DNA from: Octopus sinensis | Taxonomy: Eukaryota | Direction: 5' to 3' | Assembly (NCBI RefSeq): GCF_006345805.1 | Contig: NC_043014.1 | Span: forward strand, 52,700,001 to 52,764,000 | DNA length: 64,000 bases | Shown: piece by piece, positions 39,884 to 53,878 of the stretch | How positions within the stretch are numbered: position 1 is the first letter of the stretch | How the letters are laid out: each line of letters starts with the position of its first letter | Notes under the pieces: generated by a model | What the model was told of the DNA's origin: nothing | The model's database searches: none | The model's input: only the letters and a program-made list of their open reading frames with translations | Position numbers and translations under genes: made by a program

Positions 39884-40717
39884 CAAAAAACAATCCGGAT
39901 ATCAAATGGCTAAGAGTCACTAAAATGATAGTATATCTGTAAGTCAGGTAGGGTAGCATAGTTTAGGCTCAACTGAAGTCCGAATACTTAGGCAGCAGCT
40001 TAACACTACCGTCTCGTACCTGGCTGCATGGCATTTATTGTGGTCAGGCCTCACTACGGTTGCAGGTGTAACATTCTAGTTTAACGGTAAGCACTTTGAT
40101 CATAAATGCATGTAATGTAGACAGGTTTAAATAAATTTGTACTTTTCTCATAACACACACACACACACATGTATGTATATTGCTTCAAGCTTCTGTTTTT
40201 TGTAGGCCAGCCCAACCTCCTTTCGGTTACATGCGACAGTTGTATTCTCAGAGTATCTACACAGTAGTTCTTCTCCAACACTGAAGGTGTTGCTCTTATT
40301 TTTGAGTATGTGATGGAATGTACACATTTCTTTCTTTACAGTTCAGCAGATGTTGTCTGAGTGATAGAATGCCATGTTCAACGGCCGCCTCGACTGACCT
40401 TATGCTCTATTGCTATCACTTTGTTTCGCAAATGTATTTATGTATAGTGGTATATATGGATCCTTGCCCGGATTGGCCTCACCAGCCACCTCCGGTCTCA
40501 TAGCGGCAGTTCCACCAGATGATGTCAGTGGTCATCTTCGAACCCGAAGGACGAACATTATTATTATTATTATATATGGATGTATGTGTTTAAGTATGTA
40601 TGCATGTATATATGTCATTATTCAGTTTTATTTTAAGATTTCTTGCCAACAGAGAAACAGCCAGTTTCTAAACTAGATCCAACGCTCTTTCATTAGAATT
40701 TCAACATCAACAAGATA

Positions 40718-40756
<39 letters not shown>

Positions 40757-40827
40757 AAATTTCTGTGTCTCTTTTTATGTTTGTTGCCTCAAACATTTAC
40801 TTGCATATCTAGACATGCTCATATATA

Positions 40828-41567
40828 TTGGGTCATTCGATAAATAATGCAGTTTTTTTCCAATTGCTTGAGCTAAAAGTTGGATGGAGATAGGATAAAC
40901 TACTTGCATCAACTTGCTGTAAAAGCAGGTAGTGATTTTACCTTGAATTTATTCTTAGTGCAAGTTTTGAGGAGTGCAATTCGATTAAAGAAGGTTAAAG
41001 AAGGTCTTCACCCATGGAAGGTTTTGTTATCTGTTTGGTGGGATATGAAAGGTTTAGTCCACTTTAAACTTTTAAATCCAAACCAAATGATAACAAAGGA
41101 AATCTACTGGGAGCAGCTTGAGTGGACTCAATTCAGTGCAAGAAGAAAAACAACCATCTTTGGTTTCAAGATGAAAGGTGTTCTTCCATTGGGATAATTC
41201 TTGGCCACATACAGTGAGGATGATATTTCATAGGCTGGAGCAGTTTGAATGGGAACCAATGTTCCACCCACCATATTCGCCAGACATTGTCCCATCTGAT
41301 TATCATTTATTCTGCAGTCTTCAAAATCATTTGGACAGAAAAATGTGTATTCTGTAGACAAGATCAGAACAGTACTAGAGGAGTATTTTTCAGCACTGAC
41401 AAAGTGAATTTCTGGACAGGGGCCTTGCAAGTCTACTAGATAGATGGAAGAGCATTGTAGAAAATGAAGGAGAGTATATTTTAGATTAAACAAAAGAACT
41501 TTGTTTATCTTAATTTTGAAAAATAAAAGAAGTATTTAAAAAATGCCTTATTTATGGAATGACCCAA
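40828..41567 (+). mobile_element. Same mariner with ~550-bp internal deletion
   Basis: Both TIRs retained; junction at ~40986. Confidence 0.85.
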
Positions 41568-44500
41568 TACCTAAACGATAAACTTCTAGAAAGTTTTACA
41601 GATTTTTAGTTTCAGTGATGGCTTAGATCTGTACTTTCTCCTTTCTGGTTTTGAGAAGCCTAATTTCTTGAGATTGTTATTTTGGTAGTGTGTTACATAT
41701 CTCAGTGCTCCATTAATTACATATATAAACCTGAGCTTGTAATCTGGATAGAGTAACTGCTGATTTCTCAATAGTTTACCATAGGTATTCTCGTTTTTCA
41801 CTGATCTTCAGCTTTATGTTAACATCCTCAGGGCAGCTAATTTCCACAAATGTACAGAGTTTCTCTTCTCTATCCCAAATCATTATATCAGGTCTATTGT
41901 GTTTATATTCTATTAAGTTTTCACTAGGACATGTATGTATAGCACCTTCACATTTGTTTTGAAGAACTATGAGGGAATACCAACTCTCTTCATTATATTT
42001 ATGTAACATATGATTTGAAGCCTTCCATAACTGTTTGTCCATCATTTACCTTTATTATATGTACACACATACACTCAGGTACATACATACACTTACATGC
42101 ACACACACACACACACACACATGCATACATACATATATACTCTCAAGGAGAGAGAGTATTCTCTATGAAAGTAAGTAAAAAAATCCACCAGATATGGTAC
42201 TAAAAGTTGTTAAGGAAATTGGAGAGGTGCATTTAGAGCAGCGTAATGAAGCCATAGTCTGGCAGATTAATTCTGCCAGTCTCTATGCCTTGCCTACTAT
42301 TGCAAAATAGTACATGAATGACTTTAAAATAGTGAACAAAACCAAAACAACGAAGAAAGTGCCGCCATGAGTTCTGAAGACAGAGAGATAGTAGTTGATT
42401 TACGGAAGAGCGTCAGCCATGTGATGATGCTTCTTGCGTGCAAACAAGCAAATCACTATACAGCTCACCAACAAAAAGTGAAGAAGGAAATACAAGCTTA
42501 AAGTTGTTAGAATCAGAAGATTCCGACATCAGAAGAGAATAACCAAGAAAAAAATGATAAACAAAGAATTTAAACAGAACAGGTAGCAGTATAGAGATGA
42601 GAGGAGAAGCAGTGAACATCACAGAAGCTCCTTCACGAGAAGACATGGACACCTTCTGAAGGAACATCTGGAGTGTAGAGAAGGAATTTAACCGTTCTGT
42701 ATTTGGAAGGAATTCAAAGAAGTTATTGTTCCTGCATTACACCCAGGACACACAGCATTGATAGTGATACCCTTGTAGCTGTGATCCAGTTTCTGTGAGC
42801 ATAGTCAAAGCTATAGCTGACCTGACTTCATCGTGGACCACCATCTTGAAGGATGGTGGTTCATGATGCAAGGAGTAGTTGTATTATCACTGATAGAATC
42901 CAGTATTGCAGAGGTGTATTCCAAAGGGACAGCCTTTCTGTGATGTTGTTTATACTTTCTGTAAACCCCTGGTCATTCATGTTAAGGAAGTCTGAAGGTT
43001 ATCTCACCGGTTCACAAAGAAACAGAAAGACCAAAATTACAAACGGTTTCTTTGTGGATGACTTGAAACTATCTGCAAAAATTATGCATGAGATGAAAAG
43101 AGCCTTATCCAGGTTACAACATTTTCAAAGGATAGAGGTTGAAGTTTGGTCAGAATAATTTTTGCTATATGGTTGTGAAAAGGGGGAAAAGAGTAAACCA
43201 GGCTAACAACACCATCAATGACTTAACTGTTTCCCCTGTATCTGACGAGGAATGTTACAGGTACATTGCGGTGGATGAAAACATATCTTACAATGGCACC
43301 TGAAACAAGACACATGTCACTAAAGAATATTACAGCCAGATAAGGAAAATATGGACCTTGGAACTCTCTGCATTCAATAAAACTGGCCCACAATGTGTTT
43401 GCAGTGCCAGGTGGAATACCAGCATTTGGGCTACTTGATTGGACACTTGATGAGATTCAAGCCATTCCTGTGAAAATACAGAAGATACAAACCAGCACAC
43501 ATAACTTCCACATCAACAGCAACATAGACTGCCTCTACCTAAACTGAAAACAAGGTAGCAAAGACTTAACATCGAACCAGACTGGCTTTGAATGTTCTAT
43601 CATATCCCTTTGGCAACATCTTTTAACCATCAAGTGTCGAAGTGCATCCCTTGACCAAGTTCGCATATATAAGGCTGATAACATCACAAGATTTGTAAAG
43701 CAGCTCCTTGAGCAGCATTCCTTGTCTGATAACCTTAAATATATAGCCAAAAGAGTTGCACGACATATCATCAGATGAGAGGATGAGCATATATCAGCAG
43801 AACATACATGGATATTTTTGAAGAAAGCTCTGAGATGATAATAATATTGATCATCAAAACAGTCTATCATAGAGCAACAACTGGATTACTACTCCCACCT
43901 TGAAAGGTATGCATTAGCAGTCCAGGAAGAGGAAATATCAACCAAATACCTGATGCACAAAATGGACAGAGACATGGGGAAAGCAGCAAAATGTGACAAC
44001 CGAAGCAAACCTTGTGGAGTTAACACCAAAGATATCACCCACGTCATAAGCAGTTGTCTGAAAATGTCTTCACAGTATTATCTTCCAATGAGAAATGGTG
44101 TGGCTAAGACACTGTATAATGAGATCCATCTTCAGGATAACCCTGAAGCCAAAGAAATAAGAACCCACATTACAGTGGAAGCAATAGCCACTCATAATGA
44201 GGAGTGCTGGTAGAATGTCCTAGTGGAAACCTCAATAAAATGTGAACATAATAGACCTGACATAAGGATATGGGATAGAGAAGACAAACCGTGTACAGTT
44301 GGGGAAATCAGCTGCCCAGTGGATGTTAGCATAAAGATTAGTGAAAAAGAAACTGTTGGGGAGTTAGTTACTCTACCCAAATTACAAGTTCAGGCTTAAA
44401 CCTGTATTTATTGGGGCACTGGAATAAGTAACACACTGCCTAACTACCAATCCTGAGAAATTAGGCTTCTCAAAACTAGAAAGGAGAAAACCATCCCTCG

Positions 44501-47500
44501 AACTATAGAAATCTGTAAATCTTTCCAGAAGTTTAGCATTGAAGTCTATATGAACATGTCTAGACATGCAACTATATGCATGAGAATATGTACTTAAAGC
44601 AAAACATACAAATCTACATATATGTATATATATATATATATATATATACATACATGCATGCATGCAAGCATACATACATAAATACATATCCTGTTGATAT
44701 TGTTGAAAGTCCAATGAAGGAGCCCTGGATCTTTCGGCATGAAATCTTGAAAAAATAAAACTAAATAACGGCATACATATATACATACGTACAGTGTGGC
44801 TCTCAACACACAGATGAGGATGACCATCACTGAGAAATTATCTTGTCCTAGATGCTTCAGTCAATGTCTATCAGCTTGAAATGCTACTGTTACCATCACT
44901 GTAGCCGCTATTATTGTTGTCATTGCTGTTATCAGCTGTACTGCTGCTCTTTAGGCTGTTACTCTGGCTACCAGTGGCAGTTACTACCTCAGCCTCATAT
45001 ACGACCACCACATCGATCCCCACCCCACCCCACCCCACTGGGTAGTCATTGTACACCCTACATGAACAACCTGCAGCTTACGGATGCTCACTAAAATTTT
45101 CTTAATGTTGGGCGTGCACGTAGTCTCTCTAATGCTTTGACGGCCTAACCTTCAGCAAACTCGAATGCTTGATCAAGGTCAGACTCTCTCCAGAATCCCA
45201 CAACCAGGCCGCTTTGCTCAAATTGCTTGGGGGTCTAGGTCTGCACAAGTGCTTGTCTCTATCTCTTCTCTGTTTTCTTTCCTCCACCCACATTTGATCC
45301 CCTTTAGTAAGCAACATACTCTCCTCTCTAACATGGACTAGTTCCTACAGGGAGATGGATAAAGCTTTGTTGCAATGGAGAGAATTAGGTTTCTCAGTTC
45401 TTGTTACAGTTGATGATAGACAGAAACAGAGAGTATGGCGCAACCTGCACTCGGGTGCTACTTTTTAAACTCTCTCCTTGATCAATCTAATCAATTTTCA
45501 AGGTGTCACCTACTTTCTGCTACTGCAAAATTTCCAGGGGACTTGATTGATGCTCTGTCTGTGGCCAACATTGGAGATCTATCCAGTCTAGATGAGCTCC
45601 ACATCTCCATCACACTCAGAATGGGAGCTGCTGTCTGTAGGGGACAGAGATGTCATTGTGGTAGGTTCCTCAATTTCACAAGTCTTCACAGTCTGTCTTG
45701 CCATGTAAATGCTGGCCATTTTGCACATCACACCATGCTAAACTTAATCATTCAGTGGGTCCTAGCTTGGGTTACTATCCCATTAGTTCTAGAGCTGGCT
45801 GGATTATCCAGAAGTGATGAGAAAAGTCCAAATGGTCTTACTCTCTGTCCCTGGGTAAAATGTAGGTGTCTCAATTGGGACGCCATAGTCTGACTCCTTT
45901 GCTTCCTCCCACATCCTGGATGCTGCAGTAAATGGGACGATCACTGCTTCCATAGCTGAATGGAAGAAAATCCTTAAGTGTAGCGACCTATCGGTGAACT
46001 GTCTCTTCCAGCTTGTAGTGTTGGAGACATTTGGAGGGTCTGGGCTGCTAATGGCAAAGTTCTTGTCATCGTTCGCAGCTTGCCTTACCAAGGTATCAGA
46101 TGATGCCTGTGAGGGTGCTTGGCTGTTCCAACGCCTTATCCTCGCCATCGCCTGTGGTAATGCTGCAAGTATGTTGGCTCGCTTCAATAGGTTCCTTTGA
46201 ACCTTGTGGTGTGAGACCAATTGAAGCACTTGGCATTGCATTGGTGTTTTTCTTCTTGTTTTCTCTCTTTTTTGTTTTTCTTTTGTAAAATATATTCCTT
46301 TTCACTGAATTATTGCAAAAGTGTAACAAACAGAATATATATATTTCCAGATATTTCTTCCTTTCTATTGATATGTATATAGACCTGCTTTTTCAAGTCC
46401 CTGGATATGTGTTATTTATTTATAAGCAATTAAACTGAAGTTGCATTAACTAAACAAAACGTCTGCATCTGGGTGACTGTGTGAAGTGTTTGTCCACCAA
46501 TGTAAGGAATATTCTTCTCACACAGGTTTTAACATTTAGAGACAAGGGTAGGGGTGCCAGGGCCTGGCATATAGATGTGTTCCTGAAACCCACTGGAAGC
46601 TAGAGCGTTTTTGTATTATGGGGCTGCAGCATCGAAAATCTCTTGACTTGAGGACAAATTCGAGATTCCCTTGCCAACATCCTTCACTAGGTTGTTGAAC
46701 ACGATAGGCAGGTGACAGGAGTTTGTTTTAATGGAGCACAGCATCTCATTTGTTTTATGGTAGGGTTTGTAAGAACAGGAGCTCAGATCTAATGTAGCGT
46801 CTAAAAAGTTTACAATGGTGAGTTTGGTCTCTAGTGTTATCTTGAGCCCCATGGAGCTAAGGGTGCTAGTTAGGTCCTTCCTAATCCTATCAAGAGTATG
46901 CCCATTAGCTCCTCTAGAGCATCATCTCTATAGAGACCAAAGAGAATGGATAGGAAGCTTTTCTTTAAGGTGTCTAAAATATATAGCCCTATAATGTTGC
47001 ATATGTCCACGCTGTCATAGGCTCCCATCACTACATCAAAAGAGTCCCCTGAATCAATTTTTTAAACAGCTGTGCTTCTCTGGCCTGCATAACTGCACCA
47101 ATGTCCCTATCATTAATGTCAATGAAGCCCTTAGCAAAAGTAAATACCTTTACCAGCCGCCTTTTCAATATAGACAAGTAAAAATTGACTGTATCGAATT
47201 GGGTGAACCTTGCCCTGCCTCTAGCCTGGTTGGTTTTATCCCATGAAATTACTTCATTGGTGCTCCGCCATAAGGAGAGATTGGAAGCCCCACCTTGTGT
47301 GATCGTTGAGTTTTCTTAGTATGTGTTTGCACACCAGACCAACCTCTAATTTGGCTGGGTTGATCAGGTGGCACTTGCTGTGAGAGACAAAGTCTGGTTT
47401 ATGGTGTATAATAGAGATAAAAGCATTCTTCTTGGTTTTAACTTTCTACCATGTCAGCTGTACCCAGATTGTTAGCTGTTTGGCTTCACTGTTAATGCTG

Positions 47501-50500
47501 TTGTATGTGTGTGTGTGTGTGTGGCTTCCCCCCCACACACACACCAAGATCCTTATCCAGAAAGTTATCTCTTTTTTATATGCAGGCTTATATGGGAAAC
47601 AAACCACTTTTATAAACAAAAAAATCAAATTAAGGGAGAAGGAACTAAAGTATAAGGAATAACTACCTGAAACGGGAAATGAAATCTCGTATATTTCACC
47701 AGAAAACCCCCATCTAAATGGCTTTGACTTAATATATACATATATATAACCACACATACACATACATGTGTATGTGTGTGCGTGTGTGTGTGTGTGTGTG
47801 TGTACTCCTTTTCTCTTAATTTTTAGTTTAATTGTCACCAGTGACAAGGGTAGTAAAGAAAAGGAAATTGTTGTCGTCTCTTGTGTAAATGGTCATCGTT
47901 TGTATCATCAGAATGTTTAACAAATTTTGAAGGTTCCAGATATCGCAGTCTTTTGAAGCTTATGAATTAAGGAGCCATGTTCCTCCTTCACGAATCCAAG
48001 TGATACTTTGGTCCAGTCTGGTTGCGATATAACCTGGAGCACCGACAATAACAGGTACGAAGTTAAACGTGTATCTTGGATACCAGATTTCCAAACTTCA
48101 CATCAACGATCCATATGAATCCTTTTCTTGTATTTTTCTTACCACATGTAAGGAATGGTATGGAAGCAGTCGGCTCGTTAACCGTGTATAACTTTTCTCA
48201 ACTTCAGTAAGCACTGACAACAGAGTATATACAAATGGGGCATTAAACTAGTTAAGACTAACGACAATCCTCGGGTCTAATCTCAAAGGTGTCTAATATA
48301 CCAAATTTGAACATTTTCACTTAATTTTAAAATTTCAAAAAGTGAAGGGAAACAGAAAAGGTCCAAGCCGGGTTTTTCTTTTTTTCAAATAAATTCACGA
48401 GCGAAATACGTGGGCAGAACTAATATACATTCAAATAAAAACAGCATTTGTCTGTCACCTACTTTTACTTTTTCTTATTTTAAATATTTGTCATGTTTAA
48501 CAAAAGGCACCAATCTTCCATTGTTACGTTGTATCACAAACACATTACTTACGTAAAATAGTTTAAACACTTTCTACGTATTTCCTCTTCAATAACTATG
48601 AACCACTTTCTTTATATTATGTACTAAGTTATATTACAGAAGATCTCTAACCACCAAGCTCCTTGCTTCATGTTATTGCATTCAATTATTTCCATGAAGA
48701 CATTTAATCACTAACGATGCTGGCGATGTAAAAAATATATGAAAACTGAAATATATTAATATTTGGTCCCTCTTGTCTTCACATGCAGCCAGCCAAACTA
48801 CTGGGAAATTCCAACGAAGTGTTAATTATCAAAGCCCGCACACTTAACCTCCATTCATGCACATATAACTAATTGAAGTACGTGTAGTGTACATTTGTAA
48901 CGAGTTTTGACATGGTCAGTTACTGTAGCAGTTCAATACTGTTTAGAACGAACAAATAATACTTTTTAAATGTACCAGTTTCACTTTCTCAAACTAACAA
49001 GTGTGGACGGGTCAATAGCTTCTGTGCTCCCACTGCAGTAGGCATCCGTTGATTTCAAGGGACCACGGATGTGTGCCTGAGAATTTGTGTTAGCTGTTGA
49101 TAGTGGTGCCACATCTGCTGTGGTGGCTGTACAGGCTTACATGCGAGTGGCAGTCACACAGACAATGGCTGCATTCGAAGAAGCCCTCTGCCATCACTAT
49201 TGATCCGTTGTGGTAAGTTCCAGGTTCTCTTCCCCTCACTTCATTCTCTTTTTGCAGTTTTTGGCTCCAGTATGGGCAGTCATTTGCAACCTCCTCCCAT
49301 TTCTGGATGTCCACATCTATTAACTTCATCTCTCTCTCTCTTGCTGATGTCCTTGTCCGAAGAAAAGCTAGTTTTGTGTGTGTGTGTGCGCGCTTTGTGT
49401 TATCTATTAACTAATATCAGTGTAGTCCTTCGTTATTTGAAGTTGAGAATAAACCCCTAATTTATTGATAATTCAAATGTTTTATTACTAAAGATGGAAT
49501 GGATACAGTTAGTTTACCAAATCAAAACCATTTTTTGCACATTTTTAAATTCCTGATTTCAAGGCAGATGACTCATATGGCACAGTATCGTTTCTAACTC
49601 ATTTGTTCTGTGGCACATCCTTAATGCCACAGCAGAGATGATGGATGGAGTTACTGCAACAGTAAATAAATGAAGTGAAACACTGAAATATTTTGTAGAA
49701 TCTGCTAGATTGTATTTTCCAATCTGTGGCTTTTGAGACATTCTAGGGTCTGCGGATAACAGACAAGGTCTTTGACTTTGTTAGTGACCTACTTCAAACA
49801 TCAGATGGTGTTTGGGAAGTCACCTGGTTGTTTCTAGCATGTGTTATATTTGAGTGGGGTGTCTGTATACCCCTGGTTATTCACTGATTTCTTTTCTCTT
49901 TCTCATTCTTCTTACTATTTGCTTTTGTCAGTTATGTTCTTTTCCACTGGAGGAAAGTCGTCATCATTTAACACCTGTTTTCCATACTGGCATGGGTTAA
50001 ACGGTTAGACAGGAACTGCTAACACCAACCACTTTGTAGAGTGTAGTGGGTGCTTTTGTTATTGCACCGGTAACCGCGAGGCCACTATCTAACTTGCAAA
50101 ATTGGTTAAGTGTACCCCTAATTCATGTTGTAGACATACAGGCAATCCTCAACATTGTTTCATTATAACATTCATGTGAAGTAATATAGAATAGTGTGAA
50201 ATATAAATCCACCTAGGGTACCTAAAGTACATACCACAAAAATGAACTGTTGTTTACTATAATTTTTCCTTTCTTTTGGAACTTGTTTTCAATTCAGTAA
50301 AATAGAAAGAAATATATAAACGAGATTGAACAACAATACAAATCATTTTCTTTTTTTGTTTAGTTTTGTTTATCAATATTTAGCAAACAACATCAACATA
50401 TTCATCATATACACAGGTTGGCTGCCTTGAAACCAGCAGGCAGTGGTACCTACATGGTATCAGATTAAGGGCTTTATCAAAGGACACAGTATTTCAGTTT

Positions 50501-51286
50501 GAATACACTTAACACACCACATCTTCACTTCAAAATATTCCCTGTAAATCAATACAAATTGGTTAATGGAGAAAGAATAAACATTAATTGAAATATCCTG
50601 TGAAATTTTAAAGGCTTTTGCACAAAAATTACGTCACTGCTACTTGCAAAGAACTGGAATTTACAATTAAACACATTCACGTGTCTTGAGGTGAAGGGTT
50701 GTCGAGATTGTCATTTTCTGGAGGTAAAGGACCATGAGAATCCTTATTTTCATTTTGAAAGGTAATTACAATATCAAGAACTGGTGCAGATGATGATGAT
50801 GCTGACAACAACATTCCAAAACATTGCTGCATTGTCTACACAATAGACATAGAAGTTCAATTCCATCTGAGGCCAATGAGTCAAACGTTGTCCAGGGAAT
50901 GCTTTTCTCCACACACTACATGAAACTTTAAACTATGTCAATCTTTGAAACTGGGAAGCCAAACCTTACTATAACCACAATATAAAATATATTTAAACAT
51001 ATATTAGAACTATATAAAGTGTGTGCATTTTCCTTCTTTTATTTTATATACACACACATATATATACATACATATATATATATAAATATATATATGTGTG
51101 TGTATATACTTTATTCTAAACAAAACAATCCAGCAAACAGGAACATGAAACTCCTAGTGACAGTTTTTGGGATATTTTTGCTGCTTTTTAATAAAGCATA
51201 TTCCTCAACCTCTGGTACTCGAGTACTATTTTTTCCACCTTCTTTCACATTTATGTGCTTACTCTGGTATATATATATATATATAT

Positions 51287-51356
<70 letters not shown>

Positions 51357-51950
51357 GGTTAAGTAATTGAGATTCTAGTGAATTCTAAAGAATTCACATG
51401 AATATGGTCCTTAACTAGGATGCACCGGATATCTATATGGTGTTAACCATACGACAAGTGGGGTGATTACAAATAGGAAAAAAGCAACAAGAATGGATTA
51501 AAATCTCGGTACGATCGTTTCGTACGAGGACATCTTTAATAAGCTACAAAAAATGCAGTGAATACAGATGGCTCGTACTCGTCAGCCGAAAAAATATCAG
51601 AGAATTCCCAAACATCAAAAGGGGTAGATACAAAAGAGGTTGTAAGATTAACTGCATTGAAGAAAGTTCGATTCATGGAGATCCAATTAAAGGTTTTAAA
51701 CCTATAGAATTTATGCATGTCTACATATAGCTCATATTGGATATTTGATCAAGTTGTATGAAGAAATTTTCGGATACAGACATGCAAAATTTCTGAAAAT
51801 CCGAGTAAGAGGCAAAGTGACTGCCACATCATGTAGAGGAAAGTCTGAGTAAAAACATAGTGACTGTCATATCGTGTAGAGGAACAGATTGTTATTGAAA
51901 TTTACAAGAATCGCAGATAAGTTCGATTTTTTGGAGATCCGATGAAAAAG

Positions 51951-51991
<41 letters not shown>

Positions 51992-53878
51992 TATATATAT
52001 AGATAGATAGATAGATATGCACATATAGGTACAGGACATCACAAAACATAAACAACATGAAATACAAAGGCAAGCCTGGTATGCGAACAATGAAACAAAC
52101 AAATGGAAGACAAGACAACTAACATACAGAACGACCCTTCATCAGTTGTTGGGTGTTTATCTCCACTCCATATTTCGAGCAATTCAGAACACTATGTGTC
52201 TTCGTTGTTTCATTTCGTTTGTTGTATGTCCAGTTTTTGTTACCAACTTTCACCTTCAGCAAAAACCAAATTTTATTTCGGTTTCCAGGAGCAACTCTTT
52301 CTCGAAGAAACATATTGTCATGAATTGCTTGAAATATATGTATTATTATTATTATAATATATATTGGCATTCTTTAAATTATTTCTAGACTCAGCTTTTT
52401 ATTCGGTTGCTACATTTAGAATTCTGCAATCATGCACTGTATAGACATTTATGCTGCATTTCAGGATTTTTAGTATAAACGATTGCATATCTACAATTTT
52501 CTTCATTTCAAGGAATATACTACCAACCTCTGCCAGCACTTTATCTGGAGAATGGATTTTCGAGTATTTCCTTTGAAATAGTCTCAGTTTTGTTGTGAAT
52601 TTGACAGTATTATGAGGACATCATCGCTGGGGAAAATAATCTAGGCAATTGCAAACAAATGTCTTCCAACGGTTAAGCCTGATCTCTTCTGTTCTTTGGA
52701 ATATTCATTGGCTCTACGCCCTTAATTTTTTACAAATTTATCACGTTTGTAATTTACCCCTGGATGTCTTTTTTAATCCATTTACAACTCCCAAGGCCAA
52801 CACTATTTTTTCACTCTGGTACAGCAATTTCTTTTGGCATTTAAGTTCTTTTGGTGTCTTTAATAACTTTGAGGTTTTTACTACTTTCACAATCGTAGCA
52901 CCCTTGCTATAACTCATGAGGACAACTGGGGATAAGTCTGATATAGAAGTTTCAAACGATGTCCCCAGAACAAAAGCTAGTCCCCTCTATGGAAACCTGC
53001 AGAATGGTTAACCGTTCATTGCATGCAGGTATGTAAATATTGGAAAGGTACTGAGGTAAGGGTGCATCGGTAGTAGAAACAAGATTTCTGTCAGTGAGGA
53101 AATTAAAAAAAACCATTCACCATGTTTCTGACAATATGGTGGTCACAAATTTCATGGAATATTGTTGTGTGGCCATCTTTGTCAAGTCCAAATACATCCC
53201 TTCTACTTTTGATTGGTAAAGTAGCTGTTTTCACATCCAATTCTAATGTGGCAGTATTTGTTCTTGGACAGAATCTATATTGGGTTTCACACAAGTTATT
53301 TTACTCTTGGAACAGAATCAATTTGTGTTTGATGCTGAATTCTGTGATTTAACTGGTAGATGAAGTCAAAGATGCATGTCTATAATGTTTTGTGTTTGTC
53401 CTGCATCCTCATTTATGGCAAGAATATACAACAGCTTTTTTATTGCTAATGGGAATTTTAATGTTCTCCAGAAGATTTTGGAAAGAAACTAAAGGACTTT
53501 GGTTAGAGGATTTTTACATATTTTTAGGAGAATTGTTGGGAAGCAATCAGGGTCCGGTGCTGAGTTTATATGTATTTTGTCTGAAACAGTTATTCCATCG
53601 ATTTCTTCTACGTCCACGTAAGGCCATGCTATTGAAAGTCTTTGTTGGCTTAGTTGTGTACCAGGAAAATGGTGAAGATATTAGAAGAGTCAGATATGCC
53701 ATTCAGTTCTTTATTCTTTTGAAATTTAGCTGTATTAACATTATCAAGACATATCACTGATGTTCAACTTCATCAGAGACACAGAAACCACCACAATAAC
53801 AGCAGTAACTATCAGGTGGGACACTGCCAAAATACAGCAGACACAGGAAAATGTTCTTCACAATTATGAAAAAACAAA

